Shown here: piece after piece, positions 9,781-19,536 of the stretch
Numbering within the stretch: the first letter of the stretch is position 1
How the letters are laid out: the number at the start of each line of letters is the position of its first letter
From: an uncultured Planctomycetaceae bacterium
Lineage (GTDB): Bacteria; Planctomycetota; Planctomycetia; Planctomycetales; Planctomycetaceae
Length of the DNA stretch: 64,000 nt
NCBI GenBank assembly: GCA_963844315.1
Contig: CAWJOC010000035.1
Span: 33,152 to 97,151, forward strand
Direction: 5' to 3'
Program-made: the position numbers and the translations under genes
The notes under the pieces: generated by a model
The model's input: the letters and a program-made list of their open reading frames with translations, nothing else
Databases searched by the model: none
Told to the model about the DNA's origin: nothing

Positions 9781-10131
9781 GTGTCAAGCCGCGTTTTTCT
9801 GCTGCGCACCATGTTCTTCGGTTTCGGGGTGGGGCTGTGTTTTGCTGGGATCGCCGACGATCTGCCGTCTCTCCGATCGCAGCCTGCAAACAAATGGATC
9901 AAACGCAGCCCGCTGACGGGGACTCCCGTCTCCCCCCGTTTGGGCTATGAAGGGGCGTGCGTTTGGGATAACGAGCATCAACTTTTGCTTCGCTATGGAG
10001 GCCACAATCAGGGCGGTGGCGGAGAGCAAGGAGCCGAGGTTTGGACTTTCGATCCCCTCACCGCGCTGGACACTCCAAGAGCCCAATACCTCCCCGCCGG
10101 GCGTATGCTGCAATGCCCAGAATGTCCATGA
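9781..10131 (+). CDS. Kelch/beta-propeller + FN3 secreted protein, fragment 1 of 3 (frameshifted)
   Basis: Signal-like N-terminus, then Kelch-like WDNEHQLLLRYGGHN..VWTFDP. Confidence 0.6.
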   Translation: MSSRVFLLRTMFFGFGVGLCFAGIADDLPSLRSQPANKWIKRSPLTGTPVSPRLGYEGACVWDNEHQLLLRYGGHNQGGGGEQGAEVWTFDPLTALDTPRAQYLPAGRMLQCPECP

Positions 10132-10555
10132 CCCCACAAGCGGGCGATATATCCGCTTTCCGCTGTTCAGTGGCGGCCACGGCTGGCAATGGCAGCGAGA
10201 ATTGTACCTGAACGATTCGTCGGTCTGGACTTACGACCTCGGGGAAAACCGCTGGCGGAATATGCGGCCGTTGCCGCGCACAAGGTTGGCCCCTTACCGC
10301 TGCGACTCTTGGGACAGCGATCGACAACTTGTGGTGGTTTTTGGAGGAGAAGGTGGCCGCGAGGGCACGGTGATTTATGACCCCTGGCGAAACAATGGCG
10401 CTGGCCTAAGCCGCAGACCGAACCCGATCCTCGCAGCGGAGGAAACCTGGCCTACGATGCCGCCCGGAAATTGCATGTGTTGTTCGGTTCGCAGTTCAGC
10501 GATGATCCGCACACTTGGACCTACAATGTCGCGACCAATGAATGGCGGGACATGA
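9947..10555 (+). CDS. Kelch/beta-propeller protein, fragment 2 of 3
   Basis: Protein-like part runs from about 10060 to 10400 (VWTYDLGENRWRNMRPLP, LVVVFGGEGG..TVIYDPW). Confidence 0.55.
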   Translation: MKGRAFGITSINFCFAMEATIRAVAESKEPRFGLSIPSPRWTLQEPNTSPPGVCCNAQNVHDPTSGRYIRFPLFSGGHGWQWQRELYLNDSSVWTYDLGENRWRNMRPLPRTRLAPYRCDSWDSDRQLVVVFGGEGGREGTVIYDPWRNNGAGLSRRPNPILAAEETWPTMPPGNCMCCSVRSSAMIRTLGPTMSRPMNGGT

Positions 10556-11673
10556 AACCGCCTGCAATGCCATCCACCGACAAAAACGACGCCGTGCTGA
10601 CTTACGATCCCATCAACAAGGTCGTGTTGGCGCTTGTCAAAATCACGACCGGCGAAGACGAGAACGCCCGGCATGAAGTCCAGACGTGGGCCTACGATGC
10701 GGGCCAGAACCAGTGGACCCGCATGAAGCCCCAAGCCGAGCCGGACGCCGCCGGCAATCGCACCCGCAATCTTGTTTTCGCCCCGGAACTGAACCTGGCC
10801 ATTCTCGAAAACTGCACCAGCAAACCGCGGGAACAGCAGATTTGGACCTATCGCTTTGCCGAATTGCACACGCCTTATGAGTCCCCAAAGCCCCAACCTC
10901 ACACCTCCCCGCCTTTGCTCGAGGACCTGGTCGTTTCGGTGATTGACAAGCAGCGCGTCGAGGTTTCCTGGAAACCTCCCGCCGATGCAAAGCCTTTGGG
11001 CTATCACATTGAGCGCGCGGTCGTCGAGGTCTGGACCGAGGAGCAACTCACCCGGCTCAAGCAGAACACGCCGCCCCTGACTGAGCCTTCGGTCGGGGCG
11101 ATCCGCCGCATCGGTCCCTTTGAGCGGCTCACGCAACATCCCATCACCGCGTTTTCGTTCAGCGATAACACCGTCGATCTTGGCCAACCGCGGAAGGTGC
11201 AAGGGGAACCCAGCTTTGAGCAAAACCTGCCTGCCGAGGATTTGGATTTGCTCGATCGCTCCTATCGCTATGGGGTGTTCGCCTACCGTGTCCGAGCTGT
11301 GAACCAACGTGGAGAATTGGGCGGTCCTTCGCCCGCGTGTTTCACTGTTCCTTCGTCTCCAAAGGACATGTTCAGCCGCGAGGAGGACACGACGTGTCAC
11401 CTCAAGTGGTCGGCCAATCCTGAGAAAAACATTGCGGGCTATCGCGTGTACCGTCTGGACGGCCGCTGGAACAACGATCCGGTCTCTCGTCTCACCCTTG
11501 ACCCCGTGCCCCAAACTTCATTTGCGGACAAAACGGCAGGCAACTCCTCGCGGCGATACTACATCGTCGCCGTGGATGTCCTGGGCCAAGAAGGTTTTCC
11601 CTCTTCCCCTGTGTGGTTCCAGAGAGAATGGAAATCCTCCTACGAGCCGTTCGTCGGAGAATGGCATCAATAG
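10471..11673 (+). CDS. Kelch/beta-propeller protein with FN3-like repeats, fragment 3 of 3
   Basis: TWTYNVATNEWRDMKP and QTWAYDAGQNQWTRMKP blades. FN3-like VSWKPP..GYHIER and IAGYRVYRLDG. Confidence 0.7.
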   Translation: MHVLFGSQFSDDPHTWTYNVATNEWRDMKPPAMPSTDKNDAVLTYDPINKVVLALVKITTGEDENARHEVQTWAYDAGQNQWTRMKPQAEPDAAGNRTRNLVFAPELNLAILENCTSKPREQQIWTYRFAELHTPYESPKPQPHTSPPLLEDLVVSVIDKQRVEVSWKPPADAKPLGYHIERAVVEVWTEEQLTRLKQNTPPLTEPSVGAIRRIGPFERLTQHPITAFSFSDNTVDLGQPRKVQGEPSFEQNLPAEDLDLLDRSYRYGVFAYRVRAVNQRGELGGPSPACFTVPSSPKDMFSREEDTTCHLKWSANPEKNIAGYRVYRLDGRWNNDPVSRLTLDPVPQTSFADKTAGNSSRRYYIVAVDVLGQEGFPSSPVWFQREWKSSYEPFVGEWHQ

Positions 11674-11823
11674 GTTGTGCACGAAATCGTCGTGGGAGAC
11701 AACGCGACGCTTGGCTGGCATGATTTCTATGCCGCGATGCTGTCGTATTCTGAGCCGATCGGAGCGTACCAATCCCTCTGGGATGCACTCGACGCCTAGA
11801 GCAACATTGGAAAAGGCAAAACC

Positions 11824-12687
11824 ATGGTTCATTTCATTGACCGCGTGTTCGTTCTTGGCCTGGTTTGTCTGACTGCGTCCACTCTCCAGGCGGCGAAAAA
11901 CGATTGGGCGGAAGGCACGCCCGGTCAAAACAACGGAGCGTCGCGCGAGTATTACAACCGGGCGGGCCTTTTGAAATGGATGAACTTTCTGGGCGATTGG
12001 CGGGACCGGGACAACAAAGCCCAAGGCGATGCTCCTTACGCCCAGGCCGAGGTGGAGAGCCTCACGGCGGCGTTGATCGAGTGGGATGTGACGGCACTGG
12101 TCGAAGAATGGCGAACCGGCAAATACCCAAACCAGGGTTTCTTCCTTCGCAGTTTGAAAGGGCAAGGAGCGATCGAGTTTTGCAGCCGGGAGCATCCCAA
12201 GAAGGAACGGCGACCGCAGCTCTTGCTCCGCGGGGTGGGGAAAACCCTCACGCTCAGTCCTGAGGCCGACACCTTTCTGGAGTCCTCAACCTATCGCTGT
12301 CAGGGCCAACGGGAAACCTTGATCGTCTCAAATCGGCCCAACAATCTGCTCATCCGGTATGATCTCAAACAGGCTGACGAACTGCGGGAGATCTCCAAAG
12401 CCACGCTCAGGCTGTCGCTCGCCCGTCAGAACGCTAGCGCGACCATTGGGGTCTTTCGCTGTTCTCAGGGTCACGACGAACCGCCCACGCCGATGGAATG
12501 GGGCTTGGCCGCGCGTTACCCCGAGGACAAGGGCCTTCGAGAGGATCCCGATGTGATCTTCGCTGCCGATTTTGAGCGGGCTACCTGGGAGGAAGAGTGG
12601 AGCCATGTCTCAGAACGCAATGCCCTGGACATCGTCTCTTCCGATTCAAAGCGACAGTTCGAGCCGCTTTCGGGAAAGGCGCTTTGA
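11824..12687 (+). CDS. secreted protein, N-terminal half of a polysaccharide-lyase-like protein; ends at an in-frame TGA
   Basis: Signal peptide VFVLGLVCLTASTLQA. The next ORF starts at the very next codon in the same frame. Confidence 0.7.
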   Translation: MVHFIDRVFVLGLVCLTASTLQAAKNDWAEGTPGQNNGASREYYNRAGLLKWMNFLGDWRDRDNKAQGDAPYAQAEVESLTAALIEWDVTALVEEWRTGKYPNQGFFLRSLKGQGAIEFCSREHPKKERRPQLLLRGVGKTLTLSPEADTFLESSTYRCQGQRETLIVSNRPNNLLIRYDLKQADELREISKATLRLSLARQNASATIGVFRCSQGHDEPPTPMEWGLAARYPEDKGLREDPDVIFAADFERATWEEEWSHVSERNALDIVSSDSKRQFEPLSGKAL

Positions 12688-13320
12688 GTGCGGATCGCCG
12701 AGGGATCAACCGGAGCCTTGAACACGCTTTACAAGTTTCAACAAAAGGCAGGAAGCGAACCGGAGGAAATCCATTTCCGCTATTACCTTCGTTTAGGGGA
12801 CGACTGGAACCAAACCCTCGAAGGGGGAAAGCTGCCGGGACTGAGCGGGACTTATGGCAAGGCCGGTTGGGGCGGACGAAAGGTCAATGGCAAAGACGGC
12901 TGGTCGGCCCGCGGGCTGTTTACGTTGACCATTCCCAAGGACAATCCGCTCGGCGGCACAACACCCATTGGCACTTACTGTTACCATGCCGACATGGAAG
13001 GGAACTATGGGTCGCATTGGGTTTGGCAGAAGGATTATCGCGGGTTCTTGGAAAACAATCGCTGGTATTGCCTGGAGCAATACGTGAAGCTGAACGCGCC
13101 GGGAGAAAAGAACGGCATCCTCCGAGCGTGGATGGATGGCCGGTTGGCCTTTGAAAAGACCGACATCCGCTTCCGGGATGTCGAGAAGCTCAAGATCGAA
13201 CAGCTTTGGATGAACGTGTATCACGGGGGAACCCGACCATCGCCGTACGACCAACACGTTTTCATCGACCAGGTGGTGATCGCGAAAAAGTACATCGGCC
13301 CCATGAAAGGGAATGATTGA
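12688..13320 (+). CDS. polysaccharide-lyase-like (PF14099-type jelly-roll) C-terminal half
   Basis: GGKLPGLSGTYGKAGWGGRK..GWSARGLF..YCYHADM..LRAWMDGRLAF resembles the Polysacc_lyase family. Same frame as 11824..12687. Confidence 0.65.
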   Translation: MRIAEGSTGALNTLYKFQQKAGSEPEEIHFRYYLRLGDDWNQTLEGGKLPGLSGTYGKAGWGGRKVNGKDGWSARGLFTLTIPKDNPLGGTTPIGTYCYHADMEGNYGSHWVWQKDYRGFLENNRWYCLEQYVKLNAPGEKNGILRAWMDGRLAFEKTDIRFRDVEKLKIEQLWMNVYHGGTRPSPYDQHVFIDQVVIAKKYIGPMKGND

Positions 13321-13957
13321 CCGGATCAGGCTTTTTGCGTGCCACCGTATGCCTTCGGAAAACCCCTTTCGTATCGCACTGGTCATCGTCATCGTCCTCA
13401 CGATGTCGGTCACGGTTTACCACCGCCTGCAAGCCGCGTCGTCGGGCGAGAAAATCTCTCGAAAGGAAGAAGGCTACGCCTTCGCCATTGCCCTCAGGCT
13501 CGCCGGGCTTGGCCTCTGGATCGCCACGTTCGGTTACCTTCTGTTTCCCAATTCATTCCAATGGGCATCGTTCCCGTTGCCTGTTTCCGTTCGATGGATC
13601 GGCGTGGTCAGCGGCGCGCTCTGCTCGCTCCTGATGTATTGGACGCTCTCCAGCTTGGGAAAGAACCTGACCGACACCGTGGTCACCCGAAAGGAAGCAA
13701 CCCTCGTACAGCACGGCCCCTACCGCTTTGTCCGGCACCCGTTTTATGTCACGGCGGCGCTATTGATGGCGTCGGTCACCCTGCTGACGGCGAACTGGCT
13801 GATTGGCTATGACCAGCTTGATCGTCCTGATCATGCTCGCCATCCGAACGCCAAAGGAGGAGCAAATGCTGATCGAGCGGTTTGGCCAAGAGTACCGGGA
13901 CTACATGGCCCGGACGGGAAGGTTCGTTCCTTGGAAACGGGTAAGGACAGCACATGA
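13313..13957 (+). CDS. isoprenylcysteine carboxyl methyltransferase (ICMT)-family membrane protein, frameshifted near 13810
   Basis: Multi-TM with [13 protein letters not shown] motif. The conserved tail [30 protein letters not shown] is in another frame and ends at 13964. Confidence 0.7.
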   Translation: MIDRIRLFACHRMPSENPFRIALVIVIVLTMSVTVYHRLQAASSGEKISRKEEGYAFAIALRLAGLGLWIATFGYLLFPNSFQWASFPLPVSVRWIGVVSGALCSLLMYWTLSSLGKNLTDTVVTRKEATLVQHGPYRFVRHPFYVTAALLMASVTLLTANWLIGYDQLDRPDHARHPNAKGGANADRAVWPRVPGLHGPDGKVRSLETGKDST

Positions 13958-14200
13958 ATCCTGACGAACGGCTGATTTCGGAACAATTTCCTCGGCTCGT
14001 CGAAGTACCATCCGGAGTGGGTCCTGGCGAATGCCAGCGGCGGTGCGAACTCGCTCTGGCTCACGGAATGGCTGGCCTCGGCACTTGACCTCAAGCCCGA
14101 CATGCGGGTTTTGGATCTTGGCTGTGGGCGGGCATGTTCCTCAATTTTCCTTCGGCGGGAGATCGGGATGCAGGTTTGGCCGCTTAGGAAACCTTCAAAG
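13955..14200 (+). pseudogene. class I SAM-dependent methyltransferase, N-terminal remnant
   Basis: [14 protein letters not shown], then (+1 frame) SSKYHPEWVLANASGGANSLWLTEWL..MRVLDLGCGRA (motif I). Truncated after about 80 aa. Confidence 0.5.
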
Positions 14201-14248
14201 AGCATCATCGAGCGACAGCATCTTCCGCAACACCACCCTTAGGACGTT

Positions 14249-15358
14249 TCATGGCATGCGCGAAATCGTGAGGTTTTCCAGAAAATCCGCGTGGTTTCGG
14301 CCTTTGTTCCCGTTGCCAGGCACAGGCCGCCAAAGTTTGCCCACAAGGTCAATGTCGCCGTCGCCATCCACGTCGCCCGACTGCGTCTCATGGGTTCCCA
14401 GGCCCTGATCCAGGATGACCCGCTCCACGAATTGCGACCCGTCGCCATTGACGTTCTCCCAAATGAACCAACGATGGGGCGGTTTGCCCAAGTGCTCCAT
14501 TTCCCCGGCGAAAATATCCAGATTGCCGTCGCGGTCGAAATCCGCCAGTTGCAGCGAATGATAAGGCCCGCGTGGCTCGTCATCGGATGCGGGAAGGATA
14601 TGCGGTGTCCACGATGGCTGCTTCGGATCTTTGGGAGCCTCAAACCATGCCACTCGACCGCCGGGGATTTCATTCTCCGTCAGGATAATGTCCGGCCTTC
14701 CGTCCCGGTTGAGATCCGAAACCCAACTGCGCGAGGCGAGATAATAAAACGGTTGCTCCTTGCGATCGGCCCAGGGGATTCCGCAGAACTTGTGCTCTTT
14801 CCATTCGCTTCCCTTTCCCAGGTTTTCAAACCAAACCTGACTGCGAACGATGTCAAGATCTCCATCACCATCCAAATCCCCCGCCGAAAGGCCCGCATGG
14901 ACCGCCGGACCGATGGGCTGCATTGGCCACGACTTCGTTGGATCCTCTTGCGGAATTCGGTAAAAGCGGACATCGTTCTTGTCGGACATGGTGATGATTT
15001 CGTCCCGGCCATCGCCATTCAGGTCTGCCCTGATGATGTCGTGGACCGCCCGCAGCTTGGGATCAAAGTCGTGCCGCCGCCAGCGCTCGGTTTTCGGGAT
15101 CCCTCGGCTGTTGATACCAGGCCCCGCCCGTGACGAAGTCAATCCTGCCGTCGCGGTCCACATCGAGGGCGGCCCCGCCCACATCGGACGGCGAATCGGT
15201 CCCGAGCCAATGGCTCGCCCACTTCGCGGGCTCTTGGAATTCGTACCAGCGAATCTCGCCGCCGGATTGGCCGGTGATGAAATCCAGGTCGCCGTCGCGG
15301 TCAATGTCCACGAGGGCCGTTTGCCCCCAACGGTCGCCGGGCAGGTTGTCATCGACAT
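14249..15358 (-). CDS. FG-GAP/VCBS-repeat C-terminal part of the glycoside-hydrolase fusion protein (fragment 2 of 2)
   Basis: Repeated DLNGDGRDE, DLDGDGDLD, DFDRDGNLD, DVDGDGDID motifs. The real coding part is 14249 to about 15085. Confidence 0.7.
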   Translation of the reverse strand: MSMTTCPATVGGKRPSWTLTATATWISSPANPAARFAGTNSKSPRSGRAIGSGPIRRPMWAGPPSMWTATAGLTSSRAGPGINSRGIPKTERWRRHDFDPKLRAVHDIIRADLNGDGRDEIITMSDKNDVRFYRIPQEDPTKSWPMQPIGPAVHAGLSAGDLDGDGDLDIVRSQVWFENLGKGSEWKEHKFCGIPWADRKEQPFYYLASRSWVSDLNRDGRPDIILTENEIPGGRVAWFEAPKDPKQPSWTPHILPASDDEPRGPYHSLQLADFDRDGNLDIFAGEMEHLGKPPHRWFIWENVNGDGSQFVERVILDQGLGTHETQSGDVDGDGDIDLVGKLWRPVPGNGNKGRNHADFLENLTISRMP

Positions 15359-16853
15359 AGTGGTGCCGGAATCGAAACAATTCGCCCATCGTCTTGTTCT
15401 TGGGATCTCTCGCCTTCACGCGTAAGGCCACATCGTTAGCAAACGATGGGGAAATCAGCACCGCCGACCCGCCTTCGTGGCTTAGGGATTCGTCCTTCGC
15501 GACCTCTCCGGTTTTCGTGTCGATCCATTCAATGGCATACTCGCCCTTTGGCAATTCCAGCGTGAGCTTGGCTTCGATGCCCTCGCGCAGATGATCACTG
15601 AGACTCTTGGGTTTGTCCGGCAAAGGCACGTGGAGATAGACGGCATAGGTCTTACCCTCTTCCACCAGGGCAGAATGCGTGAGGTTGGGTTCGACTTGGC
15701 GAATGACTTTGTTATTGGGTTTCATGGAAAGGAAAGCCAGCGATTCCATGAACTCCTTGAGCACGCGCAGTTGCCTGCGCAAGTCCGGACTGCCGCCGCC
15801 GGGCGATTTGTAATCGAGGAAGGAACCCTCGGGATGCGTGGTCGTGAAGGAATAATCCAGGTTGTTGTAAAGCGCCCCGCCCGCGAGGAGAAAGTCCCAG
15901 CCCTCCGTGCGATAGAGCACATCGGCTTTGCCCCGAAAGCCGGTTTCGTTTTCGCCGATGACACCCTTGATGTGATCATTCAAAGCGATGACATCGGGCG
16001 GGACGCAGTAATGAAAGTTGAAAATCGAGACCGCCGGGTGCGGGTTTTCGATCTTGGCCCGACCGTTGGCGATGTTCAAGGAGATCAAGTGCTTCTCCGG
16101 GAAATTGCGTTCGGCTTCCACGATGGTCTCGATGATCCGGTGCTGCCAATCCCTCGTGACGCCGCCGAAATACGGTTCGTTACAGACTTCGTAGTAGAGA
16201 TTGTCAAAGTCCTTGAGTTCTGAGGCGATCTTTCGCGTCACGGCGAGTTGGACATCCAGGAGGTTCTGGTGCTGGCCCGTAAAGGCTTCCTTCAAAGGGC
16301 AGTTGCCAATGCCGTTAATATTGTTGGCGGCATTCATGGGACAGGCGCGCCAGAGGTCTTCGTTATACATCGGGCAGAACAAAACGAGTTCCACTACAAT
16401 GCCCCGCTTTTGGGCCTGGGTCAGAAAGTCCTTGAGGCGGCGAAAGTAGTCTTCATCCCAGCGGGTCAGGTCGAACTTGTTCCCCCCATCAAAATCGCCC
16501 GGCTGATCGCTTCTCGCCCAGGGGCAAAGATACTTTCCGGGCTTGGGAGCCAGCGAGTTGTCGGTGATCCCGAACGATGAGGGGATTTCGCGATAGGTTC
16601 CCGAAAATGTCCGCGTGAGATTGAGCCCATCGGCCTGGAGGCGGTCAAGGTATCGGACGTAATCAAATTCCTGGTTGAGCACGGCCCCGTAATGCTCGCC
16701 GGACGTGACGAGGACCGTCGGCTTCCCATGCCACTCGAAATACCGCGGGTTGTCCGGATGAAGTTTGATGGGCGGACTTGCCACGCCAAGCCAGGATCGA
16801 ACGCACAGACACTCCAGCCCACGCATAACAGCCAGAGGCTTTGGAGATGACAA
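15063..16853 (-). CDS. GH5-like TIM-barrel glycoside hydrolase fused to FG-GAP repeats (fragment 1 of 2)
   Basis: YYEVCNEPYFGG (NEP acid/base motif), then DIDRDGDLDF, DVDRDGRIDF. Frame lost at about 15090 in an A4 run. The signal peptide MKNCHLQSLWLLCVGWSVCA sits in yet another frame from 16861. Confidence 0.75.
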   Translation of the reverse strand: MSSPKPLAVMRGLECLCVRSWLGVASPPIKLHPDNPRYFEWHGKPTVLVTSGEHYGAVLNQEFDYVRYLDRLQADGLNLTRTFSGTYREIPSSFGITDNSLAPKPGKYLCPWARSDQPGDFDGGNKFDLTRWDEDYFRRLKDFLTQAQKRGIVVELVLFCPMYNEDLWRACPMNAANNINGIGNCPLKEAFTGQHQNLLDVQLAVTRKIASELKDFDNLYYEVCNEPYFGGVTRDWQHRIIETIVEAERNFPEKHLISLNIANGRAKIENPHPAVSIFNFHYCVPPDVIALNDHIKGVIGENETGFRGKADVLYRTEGWDFLLAGGALYNNLDYSFTTTHPEGSFLDYKSPGGGSPDLRRQLRVLKEFMESLAFLSMKPNNKVIRQVEPNLTHSALVEEGKTYAVYLHVPLPDKPKSLSDHLREGIEAKLTLELPKGEYAIEWIDTKTGEVAKDESLSHEGGSAVLISPSFANDVALRVKARDPKNKTMGELFRFRHHYVDDNLPGDRWGQTALVDIDRDGDLDFITGQSGGEIRWYEFQEPAKWASHWLGTDSPSDVGGAALDVDRDGRIDFVTGGAWYQQPRDPENRALAAARL

Positions 16854-17133
16854 TTCTTCATGTTCTTCTCCGACTTTAACGAGGCCGGGGACAGACTAGC
16901 TCGGAAACTCCTCCAGCATACCGTATCCTGTGCCTTGGGGAATCCACTCGCCAGTCGGGATGGAAGTCCGCGGCGAATCACAGCGCGATCCATAGTCTGC
17001 TGGTTGGATCAACTGGAATCGCTCACCGGGCATCGGATCGTGGTCAACGCCAGCACCGACTTGTCCAGGCACAGCATTGTGAGATTCGAGTGTACTGACG
17101 AATCGAAGTCGAAGTTTTTCCAAGAGGTGAAAC

Positions 17134-17478
17134 GTGCCAAGATCCCATTTTCCGTCACGAAACGTGCTGCGATTTACGATTGGGATTGGCTTGGTAATCT
17201 TCGCCTGGGAGCCTCGACTTTCATCCGACGAGCAACCGGTCAAGAAGCTGATTCTGCCCGGCGAGTCGTTTTTGGTGGAGGACCGGCCGGCTTTTGTCCT
17301 GCTTCCCCCAGAAGAAAAGCAGCAAACGCCGCAGCCATGGATCATGTACGCCCCGACGCTCCCCGCCTATCCCGACAGCCACGAGAAATGGATGCACGAG
17401 CAGTTCCTCGCCGCCGGGATCGCCGTGGCGGGGATTGATGCGGGCGAAGCCTACGGCAGCCCGGCGGTCAAAAGTTGA
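17134..17478 (+). CDS. alpha/beta hydrolase, N-terminal fragment (frameshifted)
   Basis: Signal/TM then PWIMYAPTLPAYP..AGIAVAGIDAGEAYGSP. Frame lost at about 17465. Confidence 0.65.
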   Translation: MPRSHFPSRNVLRFTIGIGLVIFAWEPRLSSDEQPVKKLILPGESFLVEDRPAFVLLPPEEKQQTPQPWIMYAPTLPAYPDSHEKWMHEQFLAAGIAVAGIDAGEAYGSPAVKS

Positions 17479-17987
17479 TGACGGCCCTCTACGAGGAACT
17501 CACCAAGAAGCGTGGATTCGCTGCCAAGCCCTGCCTTTTGGGCCGAAGCCGCGGTGGACTATGGGTCAGCAGTTGGGCGATCGCAAATCCCGAAAAGGTG
17601 GCAGGTATCGCCGGCATCTATCCCGTTTTCGATCTTCGCACCTATCCGGGCCTAGAGAAAGCGGCCCCTGCTTACGGCATGACCGTCCAAGAACTCGAGT
17701 CCAGGTTGGACGAGCTGAACCCGATCGCCAAGATCAACGTGCTCGCCACGAAAAAGATCCCAGTTTGCATCATCCACGGGGACGAGGATAAGGTTGTGCC
17801 CTTGAAGGAGAATTCGGCCGCGCTTGCCGAGTGCTATGAGCAAGCAAACTCCGCCGAGAACGTGACATTGATCGTTGCCGAAGGCCAGGGTCACAACTTC
17901 TGGGAGGGTTTTTTTCGATGCCAGGAACTCGTGGACTTTGCGATAAAGCAAGCTAAGAAAGGGATTGCGGGCAGCATGGAGAACTGA
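17475..17987 (+). CDS. alpha/beta hydrolase (dienelactone hydrolase/peptidase S9-like), C-terminal fragment
   Basis: Nucleophile elbow GRSRGG. IHGDEDKVVP and GQGHNF supply the Asp/His of the triad. Confidence 0.75.
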   Translation: MMTALYEELTKKRGFAAKPCLLGRSRGGLWVSSWAIANPEKVAGIAGIYPVFDLRTYPGLEKAAPAYGMTVQELESRLDELNPIAKINVLATKKIPVCIIHGDEDKVVPLKENSAALAECYEQANSAENVTLIVAEGQGHNFWEGFFRCQELVDFAIKQAKKGIAGSMEN

Positions 17988-18526
17988 TCCGACAAGCCTG
18001 CGAAAGCCTCCAATTCCTTGAGATTCCGTAGATTACGTCAAATTCGCCCGCCGAGCCGAAAATATTGTGGAATAAACGCAGCCACTCTGGTATCGTATAG
18101 GTAGATGCCGCAGTTTCCCCTGCCTGCAGCGGTTTCAAAAACCGCGTGTTACTTAGGGTCACACCCCCATATTTGAGCCCAAAAATGGGGTCTCGCACGC
18201 TACTGGCGAGCGATACGTACGAGCTTGCTGGCTCCTGTAAGTCCTCGACACTGCCGAGAGTATTACAGTCTACACCCCCAAAACCCTGAACGAATCCGCG
18301 CGAATGGTTCGCGCGGTCCTGCCGGACACCCTTTCGCCCCTGGCCCTTGAGGAAGGCCGTGCAAGACAAAGTTTTCCGGCGGTAGTGCACTTCAAACTCA
18401 TCACATGGCAATACTGGATTTTGCCTGTCCGCAATCCTGCCCTGCGGACCATGAACTGGATCCGCCGGGCAATTTCGATGGAGATTAGACATATGACATC
18501 AAGTTCCATAATATCGCCCCTCACTT

Positions 18527-19096
18527 ATGTCGGGGACGCCATCAAACAAGGAAGTTACGTTTTGGGAATCTTGCTGCGAGTACCTGACCATGGCCTTTGG
18601 GGGCTTCAAGCGGGGCAAGCTGATTGAGGTTCCGCCGGGTGAATGCGCCTATGTCGGGTCCGCGATGGCCCTAAAGGGATCGACTTGCTTGGCAAAGCGT
18701 CTTCTCCGCCATGCCACCCGCACGGGAAGCCAGGATCCTCACCTGATCCGCGAGACGATGCTCGATGAGTTTCCGCAACAGGGGCTATCGGATGGGAATC
18801 TGCAACCGCCCGACGGCAAGACCCTCCGCTGGAACGTGGATCACCTCTTGGATGCCAGCGTTGCCGAACTCGTTCGAGCGTATGTGGTTCGCAGTCCTCT
18901 TGCATTGGAACCTGCAATTGGTGACATGCTCGAATCTGACCCCCAGACGATCGTCTTTGTGAAGGGTCTCGGCGCTAATGATCGGCCGGGCTCTACTTAC
19001 CTGCTGCGCGTCGAGGCCGATTGTGATTGGTGGAACGACTTGCCCGCGAGGTTGGATTCTCTCCGTGAAGCGGCGAATGGTGCCGCGATGTCCTAA
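18527..19096 (+). CDS. GIY-YIG nuclease superfamily protein (DUF123 type)
   Basis: YVGSAMAL..LAKRLLRH......KTLRWNVDHLL matches the DUF123 pattern. The likely true N-terminus (MTSSSIISPL..GSYVLGILLRV) is in another frame from 18493, implying a frameshift near 18590. Confidence 0.7.
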   Translation: MSGTPSNKEVTFWESCCEYLTMAFGGFKRGKLIEVPPGECAYVGSAMALKGSTCLAKRLLRHATRTGSQDPHLIRETMLDEFPQQGLSDGNLQPPDGKTLRWNVDHLLDASVAELVRAYVVRSPLALEPAIGDMLESDPQTIVFVKGLGANDRPGSTYLLRVEADCDWWNDLPARLDSLREAANGAAMS

Positions 19097-19417
19097 AACA
19101 TCGAGCCGAAATGGTGGCACAAGTTGCCGACAGGAATCGCCGAAAGAATTGGAATCTCTGTGCGTACAACACGTTGCCAAAGCCGATGGAGAAAAGATCC
19201 GAACCTTCCACCAACATGGCCGTCTAACTCTCAGAACCCCAACAAATCCTGGCGAAACCCGCCCATTCAATGAAAGCAGAATGATGTTGAGCTTGCGGCC
19301 AAATCCCATTTATGAAACTGAAAGTGCCAATGGTTTCACCTCTCACCCGGCGGACCTCCTGCCCGCGTATCCGCTGCGCTTGTGACACTTTGTGGCCTTT
19401 CTGTCGAATCTCAGAAA

Positions 19418-19447
19418 CCCGGTGTCACGCACGACGCCGGGTTTTTT
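19418..19447 (+). terminator. Rho-independent terminator-like hairpin
   Basis: CCCGGTG / CGCCGGG 7-bp stem (one G-U pair), 10-nt loop, followed by TTTTTT. Confidence 0.55.
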
Positions 19448-19463
19448 CGTGCCTACAAACAAC

Positions 19464-19536
19464 GGCCCGTTTGACTTCGGGTGAGGTCATCGGCCTTTCA
19501 AGCCGATTAGGTTGGGGTCGACTCCCACACGGGTCA
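19464..19536 (+). tRNA. tRNA-Glu (anticodon TTC)
   Basis: Hand-folded cloverleaf. Acceptor GGCCCGT/ACGGGTC, D stem GACT/GGTC, anticodon stem TCGGC/GCCGA, loop CTTTCAA. The T arm TTGGG-GTCGACT-CCCAC has one mismatch and G at position 54. Confidence 0.75.

Noticed and set aside
12685-12687. Selenocysteine or other recoding of the in-frame TGA
   Set aside because: No SECIS-like hairpin lies directly downstream. TGA is used as an ordinary stop by many genes in the window. A TAA interruption occurs elsewhere, so a nonsense mutation or sequencing error is the simpler reading.
17953-18492. 179-aa minus-strand ORF upstream of the DUF123 gene
   Set aside because: It has no RBS or family motif. Its composition (Cys/Arg/Ser/Pro-rich, no hydrophobic core pattern) is unlike neighbouring genes. 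It overlaps the end of the converging hydrolase gene.
17990-19460. RNase P RNA, tmRNA, SRP RNA or 6S RNA in the ORF-poor stretches flanking the DUF123 gene
   Set aside because: I could not find the universally conserved strings in either orientation (GGAAAGTCCGG-type for RNase P, the GGGG...TTCGAC tRNA-like start for tmRNA, the SRP GGAA/AGCA motif). I keep this only as an unspecified possible ncRNA.
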